This document shows, piece by piece, positions 18,280 to 29,282 of a stretch of 64,000 bases of DNA. This DNA comes from Phenylobacterium sp. (GTDB lineage Bacteria; Pseudomonadota; Alphaproteobacteria; Caulobacterales; Caulobacteraceae). The notes below the pieces were generated by a model. It saw nothing but the letters and a program-made list of their open reading frames with translations, ran no database searches and was not told where the DNA came from. The stretch's first letter is position 1; every line of letters starts with the position of its first letter. The position numbers and the translations under genes were made by a program. The DNA lies in contig NZ_DATAPY010000024.1 of the NCBI RefSeq assembly GCF_036264965.1, positions 5,926 through 69,925 on the forward strand, in the 5' to 3' direction.

Positions 18280-19401
18280 TTAGGCGATCGGCGCCGCGAC
18301 GACCGAATAGATCTCCGGCAGGTGCGCGGCGATCTGGCGCCAGCCCTCGCCTTCCTCGCTCATCCAGATCTCCCCGTTGGTGGCGCCGAAGTAGAGCCCC
18401 ATGGGATCGCAGCGGTCGCCGCAGAAGGCCTGGCGCTTGACGGTGATCCAGGCCTGGTCGGTCGGCAGGCCATTGTCCTGCCGCTCCCAGCTCTTGCCCG
18501 CGTCGCGGGTGCGGTAGGCGGCGGGCCGCCCGCCCGGGCTGGTGCGCGGCCAGACGTCCGTGCCGTCCATCGGCCAGACCCAGGCCGTGTCGGCTGATCG
18601 GGGGTGCGGCACGACCGTGAAGCCGATGTCGCCCACCTCCTTGGGCATGGCCTCGCCGATGCGTTCCCAGCGTTCGCCGGGCCGGTCGAGGCGGTAGATG
18701 CCGCAGTGGTTCTGCTGCCAGAGCCGGTCGGGATCGGTGGGCGACAGCGCGATGTAGTGGGCGTCCTGGCCGTATTCCGGATAGGGGTCCGGCAGGAAGT
18801 CGCAGCGGACGTTCTGGTTCAGCGGCCGCCAGCTCGCGCCGCGGTCGGTGGTCTCGAACACCCCACCGCTGGACGTGGCCACATACATGTGGGCGGCGTC
18901 GCGCGGGTCGATCACCACCTGGTTCAAGAGCGCGCCGTCTGGCGTGCCGGCCTCCGGGGGCGCCCAGTTCCAATAGTTCGGATGGTCGTTGAAGCCGGCG
19001 ACGCTGGCCCAGGTTTCGCCCCCATCGCGGCTTTCGAAGAGGCCCGGCGGCGAGACGCCGGCCCACCAGACGCCGGGTTCGCTGGCGTGGCCGGGCTCCA
19101 GCCAGAAGCTGTGGTCGACCGACCGGGCCTTGGGGTCGTCGGACTTGGGGAAGGCCGGCGGCGTCTTGGCCTCCGCCCAGGTGGCGCCGCTGTCGGTGGA
19201 GCGGAAGATTGTCGGGCCCAGGTGGCCGGTGGATGCAGCCATCAGCAGCGTCTTGCCGTCGCGGGGATCGAGCACCAAGTGATTGACGATGCTGCCCAGG
19301 AACATCGGGCCCTGGACGCTCCAGGTCCGGCGCTGGGCGTCGCTACGATAGATCCAGGCCCCCTTGCGGGTGCCGACCAGCAGTTGAATGGCCTCGGTCA
19401 T
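18280..19401 (-). CDS. BNR/Asp-box beta-propeller protein (sialidase/VPS10-like fold)
   Basis: Repeated S/T-x-D-x-G-x-S/T-W boxes (RSTDSGATW, ESRDGGETW, ETTDRGASW, RTRDAGKSW). No signal peptide. Confidence 0.88.
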   Translation of the reverse strand: MTEAIQLLVGTRKGAWIYRSDAQRRTWSVQGPMFLGSIVNHLVLDPRDGKTLLMAASTGHLGPTIFRSTDSGATWAEAKTPPAFPKSDDPKARSVDHSFWLEPGHASEPGVWWAGVSPPGLFESRDGGETWASVAGFNDHPNYWNWAPPEAGTPDGALLNQVVIDPRDAAHMYVATSSGGVFETTDRGASWRPLNQNVRCDFLPDPYPEYGQDAHYIALSPTDPDRLWQQNHCGIYRLDRPGERWERIGEAMPKEVGDIGFTVVPHPRSADTAWVWPMDGTDVWPRTSPGGRPAAYRTRDAGKSWERQDNGLPTDQAWITVKRQAFCGDRCDPMGLYFGATNGEIWMSEEGEGWRQIAAHLPEIYSVVAAPIA

Positions 19402-19467
19402 GGGGTCCTCCCACTCCAAGGACGCACGATAACACGCCGATCCGACACCCGGCGCCCGGGCAATTCA

Positions 19468-21156
19468 TCAGGCCTTGCGGGGATCGGGCGTCGCAGGCGC
19501 GGCGTCGGCGATTATCCGCACGAAGTCGCCGCGGTAGTCGTCGACGACCTTCATCTCGTTGTTGAAGACCATGGTCGCGCGGCGGCCCTTCTCGTAGGCG
19601 GGCCAGTGCGGGATCAGGCTGTTGTTCGGGTCGCCCGATGTGGCGAACGCCACCCAGGTCGCCGACAGCCGGTCCGACATCTGCCGTCCGGGCTTCATGC
19701 CGGCGCCGCCGATCGGATTGCGCGACAGGTGGAAGCTTGCCTCCACGTCATGGCCGTGCACCGCGCCGAACTTGCCGTCGAAGGCCGGGGTCTCCCAGTC
19801 CCAGACGTACATGTAGGTCGCAGCCTTCCCGAGCGCGGCCTTGCGCAGCGCCTGGATCTGCGAATTGCCGCGGGTGGCGTCGGTGAAGGCCTCGGCCTGC
19901 GTCAGGTACGGTGTCTGGCGGGAATTCTCCTGGCGATAGGCCGCCAGGATGTCGCCGCCCTTGGCCCCGAACCGCTGACGCATCAGCGCCGCCAGCCCGG
20001 ACTCGGTGAGGTCGAAGTTGGTCAGCCGCAGGGCCGCGTCGTGCAGGGTGGTGGAGATGATCACCGGCACGTCGGCCGACTCCGGCGGCGCGGCGGGATC
20101 GAACGGATGGTGCGGCAGGGTCTTGTCGCCGATCACCGGGCGGAAGTTGGCGTTGGAGGCGACCTGGGCCTCCAGCAGCTTCTGCCACGGGACCTTCTGG
20201 ATCGCCGCCGCATTGCCCTTGGCGATGCCGAGAGTCTTCAGCAGCTTGGCGGCCTCGGCCGTCGCTTCCTCTGGCGTCGCCTGCTTCAGCGTCGAGCCCG
20301 ATTGCACCGCGGCGCGGTGGAACAGGCCCTTGGCGGACGGCACGGCCAGCAGGGTCGAGGTCTTCGAGCCGCCGCCGGACTGGCCGAAGATCATCACCCG
20401 GCCGGGATCGCCGCCGAAGCGCTCGATGTTGTCGCGCACCCAGCGCAGGGAGGCCACCATGTCCATGACGCCGCAGTTGCCGGCGTTGGCGAACTCCGCC
20501 GGCGCGCCGAGGCCCGCCAGATGCAGATAGCCGTTGGCCGCCAGGCGGTGGTTGACGGTCACCACCACCACGTCGCCCAGCCTCGCCATCTGGGCCCCGT
20601 CGTACATCGGCCCGTTGCCCGAGCCGGTGGCCCAGCCGCCGCCGTGGAACGAGACCAGCACCGGGCGCTTGGCGTGGTCGTTCACGCTCGGCGTCCAGAC
20701 GTTGAGGTTCAGGCAGTCCTCGCCCATGCCGCCGGGGCCGACGTGGCGGTCCCAGGCGATCATCATCGAGTAGTCGGACTCCAGCGAGGCCGGGGTCTGC
20801 GGCGAGATCGGGCCGTAGCCGATGCAGTTGCGGATCCCCGCCCAGGACGTCGGCTTCTTCGGCGCCATGTAGCGGTTCTTGCCGCCGGTGGAGGCGCCAT
20901 AGGGAATGCCCTTGAACTCCTTCACCTGCCCGTTGGCGATGCCCTGCACCTTCCCGGCCGTGGTCTCCACGGTCCAGAAGATCCCACCCGGCGCCGCGGC
21001 GTTGCCGAGGATGCGCTCCGAGGCCGGGGCTGGCGGCTGGCCGAGCGCCGGTTGCGCCTTGGCGGCGGAGACGCCTGTCGCGCCCGCGACCGTGGCGGCG
21101 ACCGAGGCGACCTGGATCAGGTCGCGGCGGCTGAGTTTGTCGGTGGTCTTGGTCAT
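19468..21156 (-). CDS. Type-B carboxylesterase with Tat signal
   Basis: SRRDLIQ Tat motif, EDCLNLNVWTP, HGGG, GQSGG nucleophile elbow, GAVHG histidine. Confidence 0.92.
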   Translation of the reverse strand: MTKTTDKLSRRDLIQVASVAATVAGATGVSAAKAQPALGQPPAPASERILGNAAAPGGIFWTVETTAGKVQGIANGQVKEFKGIPYGASTGGKNRYMAPKKPTSWAGIRNCIGYGPISPQTPASLESDYSMMIAWDRHVGPGGMGEDCLNLNVWTPSVNDHAKRPVLVSFHGGGWATGSGNGPMYDGAQMARLGDVVVVTVNHRLAANGYLHLAGLGAPAEFANAGNCGVMDMVASLRWVRDNIERFGGDPGRVMIFGQSGGGSKTSTLLAVPSAKGLFHRAAVQSGSTLKQATPEEATAEAAKLLKTLGIAKGNAAAIQKVPWQKLLEAQVASNANFRPVIGDKTLPHHPFDPAAPPESADVPVIISTTLHDAALRLTNFDLTESGLAALMRQRFGAKGGDILAAYRQENSRQTPYLTQAEAFTDATRGNSQIQALRKAALGKAATYMYVWDWETPAFDGKFGAVHGHDVEASFHLSRNPIGGAGMKPGRQMSDRLSATWVAFATSGDPNNSLIPHWPAYEKGRRATMVFNNEMKVVDDYRGDFVRIIADAAPATPDPRKA

Positions 21157-21171
21157 CGGTTGGTCCTCCCC

Positions 21172-22830
21172 TTATCCGCGCGCGCCGGGCGCCGGCGGAT
21201 TGGCGTCCCAATAGGCGCGGATTTCGGCGCGGGGTCCGACCTCCTGGCGGGTGTCGTTGTCGAACAGCATCACATTGCGCTGGGCGTCGCTATAGGGCTT
21301 CCACGGCGGGATATGGCTGTTGTTCGGATCGCCCGTCTTGGCGAAGGCCGAGAAGCTCGAGGCCAGCCGGTCGGCCATCTTCTTGCCGCTCGTCGAGCCG
21401 GCCAAGAAGCCGTCGCGGTAGGAGTGGAACGAGGCCGACACGTCGATCCCGTGCACCGCCCCGAACTGGCCGTCGTAGGCGGAGGTGCGCCAGTTCCACT
21501 GATAGACGTAGGCCGGCGCGCCACCGGCCGCGGCCTTGCGCGCGGCTTGCGTGTAAGCCGCCCTGCGCCCGCCGGAATCCGTGAAGGCCTGGGCCTGGAT
21601 GAGGAAGGGCGTGGCGATCGGATCGTACCGGCGATAGAGCGCCATCAGCTCCTTGCCCTTGCCGGGCCAGCGCTGGTCGAAGAGGGCGCGCAGGCCGTCT
21701 TCGGTGAGGGTGAAGTTGGTCAGGCCCAGCGCGGCGTCCTCCAGCGTCGTGGAGATGATCACCGGCACATTGGCCGATTCTGGTGGCGCGCCCGGATCGA
21801 AGGGGTGGTGCGGCAGGGCGTCAGTCCCGATCACCGGCGAGAAGTTGCCGCCCGCGGCCGTCTGGGCCTCCAGGATCTGCTGCCAGGAAACCTTCTGCAG
21901 GTCGCCCATGTTGGCCTTGGAGACGCCCAGCCGCTTCAGGAATTTCTCGGCGGTCGCCGCCCCGGCCTCGGGCGTCACCAGCCGCAGCGCCGAGCCGGAC
22001 TGGACCGCGGCGCGATGGAAGAGGCCCTTGCCCGGAGGCATGGCCAGGACAGTCGAGGTCTTCGCCCCGCCGCCCGATTGGCCAAAGATCATCACCCGGC
22101 CAGGATCGCCCCCGAAATTCTCGATGTTGTCGCGCACCCACTGAAGGGAGGCGACCAGGTCCATGACCCCGGTGACGCCGGCGTATTTGAAGGCGTCGGG
22201 CGCGCCGGCGCCGACCAGATTGGTGTAGCCAAAGCTCGCCAGCCGGTGGTTCACGGTCACCACCACCACGTCGCCGTAGTAGGCGAGGTCCTTTCCGTCG
22301 AAGCCCGGCGCGTTGCCCGAGCCGGTGGCGAAGCCACCGCCGTGGAAGGACACCATCACCGCCTTCTTGGCGCCCCGGTCGACGTTGGGGGTCCAGACGT
22401 TCAGCGACAGGCAGTCCTCGCCCATGCCGCCCACCTGGCGGTCCCACATGATCAGCTGGCCGTATTCGCCGCGAATGTCGGCCTGGGTCTGCGGACAGAC
22501 CGAGGTGAAGGCGAAGCACTCGCGCACGCCCTTCCAGGGCGCCGGCTTCTGCGGCGGCATGAAGCGGTTTTTGCCGCCGGTGGGCGCGCCGTAGGGGATG
22601 CCGCGGAATTCCCACACCGGGCCGTTGGCGATGCCCTGCACCTTGCCGGTAGCCGTGTCGGTGACCTGGAAGATCTTCGACGAGCCGCCGCCGGCCGCGA
22701 GGCCGGCCGGGGCGGCGGCGGGCGGGCTCGGCGCCTGGGCCGCGGCCTTGCCGGCGACCGCCGCCGTGGCGAGCGCCGCGCCGGCGATCAGCACATGCCT
22801 GCGATTGGAATCCGTTTGGCCCGTGGTCAT
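21172..22830 (-). CDS. Type-B carboxylesterase with Tat signal (tandem paralogue)
   Basis: NRRHVLI Tat motif, EDCLSLNVWTP, HGGG, GQSGG, GAVHG. Confidence 0.92.
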   Translation of the reverse strand: MTTGQTDSNRRHVLIAGAALATAAVAGKAAAQAPSPPAAAPAGLAAGGGSSKIFQVTDTATGKVQGIANGPVWEFRGIPYGAPTGGKNRFMPPQKPAPWKGVRECFAFTSVCPQTQADIRGEYGQLIMWDRQVGGMGEDCLSLNVWTPNVDRGAKKAVMVSFHGGGFATGSGNAPGFDGKDLAYYGDVVVVTVNHRLASFGYTNLVGAGAPDAFKYAGVTGVMDLVASLQWVRDNIENFGGDPGRVMIFGQSGGGAKTSTVLAMPPGKGLFHRAAVQSGSALRLVTPEAGAATAEKFLKRLGVSKANMGDLQKVSWQQILEAQTAAGGNFSPVIGTDALPHHPFDPGAPPESANVPVIISTTLEDAALGLTNFTLTEDGLRALFDQRWPGKGKELMALYRRYDPIATPFLIQAQAFTDSGGRRAAYTQAARKAAAGGAPAYVYQWNWRTSAYDGQFGAVHGIDVSASFHSYRDGFLAGSTSGKKMADRLASSFSAFAKTGDPNNSHIPPWKPYSDAQRNVMLFDNDTRQEVGPRAEIRAYWDANPPAPGARG

Positions 22831-22946
22831 TCGCCCGCTCCCCGCCAGCTTTTGGATTTGGGAGGGCGCACGCCTGGCTCATGAACGCCCCCGTTCATCG
22901 CGCAGCTTAGGCCGCGGGCCATCCTGTGGTCAACGGAGACTACAAA

Positions 22947-23606
22947 TCAGCGGGCAGGCGGCTTGGGGTGGGCGACCAATCCGTCGATCACCTGCTGGCG
23001 CATCTGTTTGAGCAGCGCCACGACCCTGGCGGCGTCATCCGTCTGACGCCCGATGAACACCGAACTCATGGCCAGGCCTTCGAGCGCGACGCGGGTCAGG
23101 TGCGCCAGGGTTTCGATCTCCTCGCGCCGATCGGGAATGCCCAGGTTCTCGGCCATGCGGACCCGAGCGCGATGCAGGAGAGCGTCGAGATCGACGGCGA
23201 ATTCCGGATAGCGGCCGGCCAGCTCCTTGTCGCTGCGCGCCGCGACGGTGACCTCCATCAGCGCGATGGCCTCGACTCGCTGCAAGGAAGCCCAGACCGC
23301 GTCCACGCCTTGCAGGAAACGCTCGGGCCCCTCCGGATAGGGCGTTAGATACTCACGCACGGTTGCGCCGCGGACCCGCGAGGCGTGCTCGGCCACGGCC
23401 AGCATCAGGTCGATCTTGGTGGGGAACTGGTGCAGCAGGGAGCCGCGGCTGACCTTGGCGATCTTGGCCACCAGTGGCGTCGAGGTGGCCGCATAGCCGA
23501 ACTCGGCCAGGCAACGGACCGTCGCGTCCATGATCTTGGCCCGTGTCGCGGCCCGGCGCTCGGCATTGGGGCCGCGCGGCACTCGAGGCTTCTTCGCCGT
23601 CGTCAT
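22947..23606 (-). CDS. TetR/AcrR-family regulator
   Basis: TRAKIMDATVRCLAEFGYAATSTPLVAKIAKVSRGSLLHQFPTK N-terminal HTH. Confidence 0.92.
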   Translation of the reverse strand: MTTAKKPRVPRGPNAERRAATRAKIMDATVRCLAEFGYAATSTPLVAKIAKVSRGSLLHQFPTKIDLMLAVAEHASRVRGATVREYLTPYPEGPERFLQGVDAVWASLQRVEAIALMEVTVAARSDKELAGRYPEFAVDLDALLHRARVRMAENLGIPDRREEIETLAHLTRVALEGLAMSSVFIGRQTDDAARVVALLKQMRQQVIDGLVAHPKPPAR

Positions 23607-23644
23607 GGCTTGAGCATGGCGGTGTAAATCTTTCCCGCCAAGCC

Positions 23645-26600
23645 TCAATGGAAATCGCGGCTGCGGACCAGGCGGTTATCGGGCCGCGCGTGGGGCGGTG
23701 CGGGCTTGGCGCCGGGGGCGTCTTCGTGGTCGCGCATCTCGCCCAGCTTGCCGGAAAGGTCGGTGAAGTCTTCGGCGACCACGTGGATCACGTCACTCGC
23801 CTCCTGCACCTGGCCGTGGACCACCAGGAAGGCGGCGCCCATCACCAGGCGACGGTTGGCGTCGAAGACATCCTTCCAGCAGACGATGTTGGCGATGCCG
23901 CTCTCGTCCTCCAGGGTCAGGAACACCACGCCCTTGGCGGTGCCGGGCCGCTGGCGCACCAGCACCAGGCCACCCACCGAAACGCGGCGGCCGTTCTTCA
24001 TCCCTCTCAGGCTCGCGCAGGGTACGGCGTGCATCGCCGCCAGGTCGTCGCGGTAGAACTCCACCGGGTGCCGCTTCAGCGACAGGCTGGTGGTGCGGTA
24101 GTCCTCGGCCACCTCCTTGGGCAGGCTCATGAACGGCAGGAGGACCTGGGCCTCCTTGACGCTCTGGCGCGCGATGATCGGGGCGGTCTTCTCGGCGCCC
24201 ACCTCGTCGGCCATGCCCTTCACCGTCCACAGCGCCTCGCGGCGGCTGAGGTCTAAGGATCGGAAGGCGTCGGCCTCGGCCAGCAGTTCAAGGCTGCGGC
24301 GCGTAAGGCCTGAGCGCAGGACATAGTCTTCCATCGTCACGAGGCCGCCGTCGCGAACCTTCATGAACTCCAGCGCCTCTTCCTTCCTGAACCCCTTGAT
24401 CTGGCGCAGGCCCAGCCGCAGCGCCCGGCGGGGCGTGCGCGGATCGTCCGGCGGCTCCAGAGTGCAGTCCCAGTCGCTGGCGACGATGTCGGGCGCGCGC
24501 ACCTCGACGCCGTGCTCCTTGGCGTCGCGGACCAGCTGGGCCGGCTGGTAGAAGCCCATGGGCTGGCTGTTCAGCAGGGCGGCGCAGAACACTTCCGGAT
24601 AGTGGCATTTCACCCAGGCCGAGACGTAGACCAGGATCGCGAAGCTGATCGCGTGGCTCTCCGGGAAGCCATAGGAGCCGAAGCCCTCGATCTGTTTGAA
24701 GCAGCGTTCGGCGAAATCGCGCTGATAACCGCGCCGGACCATGCCCTCGATGAACTTGTCCCGGTAGGTCCAGAGCCTTCCGTCGGCGCGGAAGGTGGCC
24801 ATCGATCGGCGCAGACCGTCGGCTTCGTCGTCGGTGAAGTGTGCAGCGTCAATAGCGAGCCGCATGGCCTGTTCCTGGAAAAGCGGCACGCCGAAGGTCT
24901 TTTCGAGCACATGTTTCAGCTCGTCTCGCGAACCGTGCTCAGGCGACGGTGCGGGATATTCTGGCTCCTCCAGCTTATCGCGCCGCCGCAGATAGGGGTG
25001 CACCATGTCGCCCTGGATCGGGCCCGGACGCACGATCGCCACCTCGATCACCAAGTCGTAGAATTTTCGAGGCTTGAGGCGCGGTAGCATCGACATCTGA
25101 GCGCGGCTCTCCACCTGGAAGACACCCACCGAGTCGGCCTTGCAGAGCATGTCGTAGACCGCGGCGTCCTCCTGCGGAATGTGGCTGATATCAGTGATGC
25201 GGCGCCCGTCCGGCAAAGGCGGCAGCATGTCGAAGGACCGTTTCAGCGCCGTCAGCATGCCCAGCGCCAGGACGTCGACCTTCATCAGGCCGATGGCGTC
25301 GATGTCATCCTTGTCCCACTCGATGAAGGTGCGGTCCTTCATGGCGGCGTTGCCGATCGGCACGGTCTCGTCCAGGCGGCGCTTGGTCAGCACATAGCCG
25401 CCCACGTGCTGCGACAGGTGGCGTGGGAAGCCGATCAGCTGTTCGGCGATGGCGGTGGCGCGGCGGATCTGCGGGTTTTCCGGGTCGAGCCCCACCTGGC
25501 GGATGTGGTCGTCGGCGACGCTGTCGCCCCAGCTACCCCAGACCGTGTTGGCGAGCGCGGCGGTGATGTCCTCTGTCAGGCCCAGCGCCTTGCCCACCTG
25601 GCGGATCGCCATGCGTGGACGATAGTGGATCACGGTGGCGACGATCGCCGCGCGGTCGCGGGTATAGCGCTGATAGACGTACTGCATCACCTCCTCGCGG
25701 CGCTCGTGCTCGAAGTCGACGTCGATATCCGGCGGCTCGCCGCGCTCCTCGGAAAGGAAGCGGGAAAACAGCAGGTCCTGGTCGTCCTTGGTCGGATCGA
25801 CCGCGGTGACCTCCAAGCAATAGCAGACACAGGAATTGGCCGCCGAACCCCGGCCCTGACACAGGATTTCCTGGCTGCGCGCCCAGGCGACGATGTCGTG
25901 GACTGTCAGGAAGTAATTGGCGAAGCCTAGCTTCTCGATGAGGTCGAGCTCGCGCTTGACGGTGCGCCGCTCCTTTTGGCGCAGGCCTTTCTCGAACCGA
26001 TGCTGCGCCCCGCGCCAGGCCAGGCGGCGCAGATGGTGGATAGCCGTATCGCCCGGCGGCACCGGCTCGTCAGGGTATTCGTAACGCAGCTGGCCGAGGT
26101 CAAAGGTGACGCGATCGGCGATCTCGACGCTGCGCTCCACCGCCCCGGGGAACTTGGCGAACAGCCGCGCCATCTCGTCTGGCGATTTCAGGTGGCGCTC
26201 GGCGTTGGCCTGCAGCCGCAGCCCGGCTTCGGTGACGGTGCAGGTTTCGCGGATGCAGGTCAGGACGTCCTGCAGAGCCTGGCGTTCGGGGCAGTGATAG
26301 AGGACGTCGTTTGTGGCGACCATCGGCGCGCCCGACTGGCGGGCCAGATCGGCCAGGTGCGACAGCCGGTGCAGGTCGCGCGGGCCATAGCGCCGCGCGG
26401 CGGCCAGCCAGACATTGCCCGACAGTTCCCCGGCGATGCGCCGCAAGTCCCCCGCGAAGGCCTCATCCAGGCGATCCGGCGGCGCGACCAGCACGAGCTG
26501 GCCCTCGGCGTGGTCGAGGAAGTCGGCCCAGTGGAGCTCGCATCCGGCCTTCTTGGTGCGGCGCTGGCCGACGGTGAGCAGGCGGGTCAGCCGACCATAG

Positions 26601-26869
26601 GCCTCGCGGTCTGAAGGGTAGACCAAAAGGCTCGGCGTCCCGTCGGCGAAGTCCAGGCGGCAGCCGGTCAGGTCGCGGGTCTTCGAGCCCGCCGGCAGCT
26701 CCTTCTTCGCCGACCATGCGCGGACCACGCCCGCCAGCGAATTGCGGTCGCAGACGCCCACCGCCTCCAGGCCTAGGGCGTCGGCGCCGGTCATCAGCTC
26801 CCATGGATGCGAGGCGCCGCGCAGGAACGAGAAGTTGGTCGCCGCCTGCAGCTCGGCATAACGGGTCAT
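23645..26869 (-). CDS. dnaE2: Error-prone DNA polymerase DnaE2 (ImuC)
   Basis: [58 protein letters not shown] and C-terminal SRDFH. ATGA overlap with imuB. Confidence 0.97.
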   Translation of the reverse strand: MTRYAELQAATNFSFLRGASHPWELMTGADALGLEAVGVCDRNSLAGVVRAWSAKKELPAGSKTRDLTGCRLDFADGTPSLLVYPSDREAYGRLTRLLTVGQRRTKKAGCELHWADFLDHAEGQLVLVAPPDRLDEAFAGDLRRIAGELSGNVWLAAARRYGPRDLHRLSHLADLARQSGAPMVATNDVLYHCPERQALQDVLTCIRETCTVTEAGLRLQANAERHLKSPDEMARLFAKFPGAVERSVEIADRVTFDLGQLRYEYPDEPVPPGDTAIHHLRRLAWRGAQHRFEKGLRQKERRTVKRELDLIEKLGFANYFLTVHDIVAWARSQEILCQGRGSAANSCVCYCLEVTAVDPTKDDQDLLFSRFLSEERGEPPDIDVDFEHERREEVMQYVYQRYTRDRAAIVATVIHYRPRMAIRQVGKALGLTEDITAALANTVWGSWGDSVADDHIRQVGLDPENPQIRRATAIAEQLIGFPRHLSQHVGGYVLTKRRLDETVPIGNAAMKDRTFIEWDKDDIDAIGLMKVDVLALGMLTALKRSFDMLPPLPDGRRITDISHIPQEDAAVYDMLCKADSVGVFQVESRAQMSMLPRLKPRKFYDLVIEVAIVRPGPIQGDMVHPYLRRRDKLEEPEYPAPSPEHGSRDELKHVLEKTFGVPLFQEQAMRLAIDAAHFTDDEADGLRRSMATFRADGRLWTYRDKFIEGMVRRGYQRDFAERCFKQIEGFGSYGFPESHAISFAILVYVSAWVKCHYPEVFCAALLNSQPMGFYQPAQLVRDAKEHGVEVRAPDIVASDWDCTLEPPDDPRTPRRALRLGLRQIKGFRKEEALEFMKVRDGGLVTMEDYVLRSGLTRRSLELLAEADAFRSLDLSRREALWTVKGMADEVGAEKTAPIIARQSVKEAQVLLPFMSLPKEVAEDYRTTSLSLKRHPVEFYRDDLAAMHAVPCASLRGMKNGRRVSVGGLVLVRQRPGTAKGVVFLTLEDESGIANIVCWKDVFDANRRLVMGAAFLVVHGQVQEASDVIHVVAEDFTDLSGKLGEMRDHEDAPGAKPAPPHARPDNRLVRSRDFH

Positions 26870-28419
26870 CCGAATACCCCGTGCATCCACCAGTTCGGGG
26901 GCGCGTCCGGGTCGCCGTAGAGGCCGGCGCGGAACAGCCAGAAACGGCCGCCGTCCATGTCCTCTACGCGGTAATAGTCGCGCACGTGATCGACGCGGAC
27001 ATCCTCGATCTGGCCTCGCCACCATTCCTCGCCGATCCGCTCGGGCCCCTCGGCGCGGCGCACGCGGTGCACCTGGCCGCGCCAGCGGAACTGGCTGGGT
27101 GGATCGTCGGGGGTGATGGCCATGACCGCCTCCACCGGCTCGGGGCGGCGGAACAGGCGGGTCGGGCGCGGGGTCTCGCGGTTCCAGGGTTGGACTTCGG
27201 CTGGCTTGCCGCCGGCAACTGAGGCGAAGGGACGGGTGCGGCCCACGGCCAGCTCCGGCACGTGGCTTTCCGCCGGGGCGGCGCGCCAGACGCGTTCGGC
27301 GCCCAGGCGGTTCACCAGCCGGTCGACCAGGGGCGCCAGACCCTCCTCGACGGTGGCCTCGCGCGCCGTATCCAGCCGCGCCTGGCGGCCGGAGATCGGC
27401 TCCACGTCCTGGGCGGTCAGGGTCACCACCTCGATCCCGAAGCCCGGGTCGACGGTGTCCAGCCGGGGTGTGAACAGCTTGGCGATGCGCGTGGGGTCGC
27501 GGCCGGGCAGGGACAGGCCGATGGCCAGCGGCAGGGCCTTGCCGTCGACGCGGTGGAAGGCGATCTCGAAGCGCCGGGCGCCGTGGCTCTGGCTCTCCAG
27601 CCGCGCGCAGAGCTTGGCGATCACATCGGCGGTGACGCGGGCCATGTCCTCCGGGGCGCTGATCGGCTCGGCGAAGGCCAGGCGGGCGAACCAGGGCGTC
27701 GGCGGGCGGCGGAACGTGAGCGCCTCGCGTTCGCGGCCCAGCGCCTGGTCGAGGCGGCTCAGCGCCACGCGGCCGAACCGCCGGGCGAAGGGCCCGCGCG
27801 GGATCGACATCAGTTGATCCAGCCGGCGCAGGCCCAGCCGTTCCACCTGAGCCCAGGTCTCGGTCTCGAACCGCAGCGCCGCCGGCGGCAGCGGAGCGAG
27901 CAAGGCGGCTTGACCGCCCGGCGGGGCGATGGTTCCATCCGCACCGAAATGTGCGAACGCCCAGGCGGCGCCTGGCGTGTCGGCGATGGCGCAGCGGAAC
28001 GGCAGGCCGTTGGCATCGAGGCGGGCGCTGAAATCGTCCAGCATCCGGGCCTCGCCGCCCCACAGGTGGTCGACCCCGGTCACGTCGAGGAAGAGGCCGT
28101 CCGGGGCGTCGATGGCGACTGCGGGTGAAAACCGGACGCACCAGTCGGCGAGCGCGGTGAGGGCGTCGGCGTCGGCCTCCGGTTCAGCCTGGGCGCTGAC
28201 CAGGTCGGGAACCAGGGCGGCCGCGTCCGTGGCCTTCTGGCCTATGCGCAGGCCCAGCCGGGCGGCCTCGACGCTGATGGCGGACAGCCGGCGCACGGCG
28301 CGCACCGTCTCCAGCAGGGCGAAGGGCGGCGGCGGCTCAGGCGGCGATGGTTCGGGGTAGCGCCGGCGCCAGTTGGCGATCGCCCAGGTCGGCGACCAGG
28401 CGCAGAGGATGCGCGACAT
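26866..28419 (-). CDS. imuB: Y-family polymerase-like accessory protein ImuB
   Basis: [49 protein letters not shown] motifs. Confidence 0.95.
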   Translation of the reverse strand: MSRILCAWSPTWAIANWRRRYPEPSPPEPPPPFALLETVRAVRRLSAISVEAARLGLRIGQKATDAAALVPDLVSAQAEPEADADALTALADWCVRFSPAVAIDAPDGLFLDVTGVDHLWGGEARMLDDFSARLDANGLPFRCAIADTPGAAWAFAHFGADGTIAPPGGQAALLAPLPPAALRFETETWAQVERLGLRRLDQLMSIPRGPFARRFGRVALSRLDQALGREREALTFRRPPTPWFARLAFAEPISAPEDMARVTADVIAKLCARLESQSHGARRFEIAFHRVDGKALPLAIGLSLPGRDPTRIAKLFTPRLDTVDPGFGIEVVTLTAQDVEPISGRQARLDTAREATVEEGLAPLVDRLVNRLGAERVWRAAPAESHVPELAVGRTRPFASVAGGKPAEVQPWNRETPRPTRLFRRPEPVEAVMAITPDDPPSQFRWRGQVHRVRRAEGPERIGEEWWRGQIEDVRVDHVRDYYRVEDMDGGRFWLFRAGLYGDPDAPPNWWMHGVFG

Positions 28420-29119
28420 CCGTGGTCTCCCAGCTATAGGCGCCGGCCGCTTCCATCAGCCAGGCGCCGGTCCGGCCGCCCCGGCAGCGTTCCAGCTCCA
28501 CCCGAAAGCGCGGGTTTCCCAGGCCGAACTCCCCGGCCGGTGGCTCGGAGGGCGCCGAGGCGACCCGCCAGCGGGTCGAGGCGGCCGAGCCGGTGGCTTC
28601 CCGCCGGGCCGTTCCGCCATAGGGCCGACGGCGGATCAGGAAGCCGGTGGCCTGGCGTTTCTCGCAGGCGAGCTGCAGGCGGCGGCCCGCGGTCAGGTCG
28701 GCGGCTTCGACCTCGCCCACTACGGCGGCGACGCCGACGGTCCCTAGCGCATCCTCCATCACCGACAGAGCCTCAGCCTCGTCGCGGGCGCAGACCTGGA
28801 TCAACCGCTCCGATGGAAAGCCCAGGCCGGAAAGCCCCGGCGCCCACAGGTCGTCGCGGCGCAGCACCCAGACCACCTCGCCCCGCCTCGCCAGCGGCGC
28901 GGCCAGGAGCGCGGTGAAGGCGGTCGGTGCTGCGGCCGTCTCCACCTCCATGCCGTCGCCGCAAACCTCGTGCCAGCGGCCCAGCGGCAGGCCGCCGCCC
29001 GGCAGGCAGCCGTCGATCCGCGCCTCGCCGAACGGCAGGACGCCGCGGTCCGGGCGTGCGGCCGTCTCGATGGCGGCGATCTTCGCCCGGACGGCGTCGA
29101 GTCCGCGAAAATCGGACAT
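28337..29119 (-). CDS. imuA: RecA/SulA-like protein ImuA
   Basis: GGGLPLGRWHEV, RRLQLACE and FRVELERCRGGRTGAW. First gene of the imuABC cassette. Confidence 0.93.
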   Translation of the reverse strand: MSDFRGLDAVRAKIAAIETAARPDRGVLPFGEARIDGCLPGGGLPLGRWHEVCGDGMEVETAAAPTAFTALLAAPLARRGEVVWVLRRDDLWAPGLSGLGFPSERLIQVCARDEAEALSVMEDALGTVGVAAVVGEVEAADLTAGRRLQLACEKRQATGFLIRRRPYGGTARREATGSAASTRWRVASAPSEPPAGEFGLGNPRFRVELERCRGGRTGAWLMEAAGAYSWETTDVAHPLRLVADLGDRQLAPALPRTIAA

Positions 29120-29138
29120 GGCTTTGCGGACTCCTTTC

Positions 29139-29153
29139 GTTCCACTTTTGTTC
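29139..29153 (-). promoter_or_regulatory. LexA box of the imuABC operon
   Basis: GTTC-cactttt-GTTC, overlapping a putative -10 (TAGAAC), with TTGACT -35 at 29177-29172. Confidence 0.92.
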
Positions 29154-29282
29154 TAGAACCGGCGCGCGGAGAGTCAAGTTCCGAAAACCGCCGCCTTGAC
29201 CCTCGCGTCTTGACCCTTCGTCCGCCGGACCGGAAGGTCCGCGTCATCAGACCGGCTCACGCCGGCGGGGAGGATTTCGACG

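Noticed and set aside
18604-22884. 1426-aa plus-strand ORF
   Set aside because: Antisense shadow of the propeller gene and two esterases. Long stop-free antisense frames are expected at this GC content, and there are no motifs.
26870-28141. Apparent N-terminal extension of DnaE2 (1498-aa ORF)
   Set aside because: The extension overlaps imuB in another frame and is Arg/Pro-rich noise. The real start is the ATG at 26869 overlapping the imuB stop.
29195-29217. CTTGACCCT direct repeat, 14 nt apart, upstream of the esterase
   Set aside because: Only two short copies. It may be a -35 element or operator, but nothing supports more than that.
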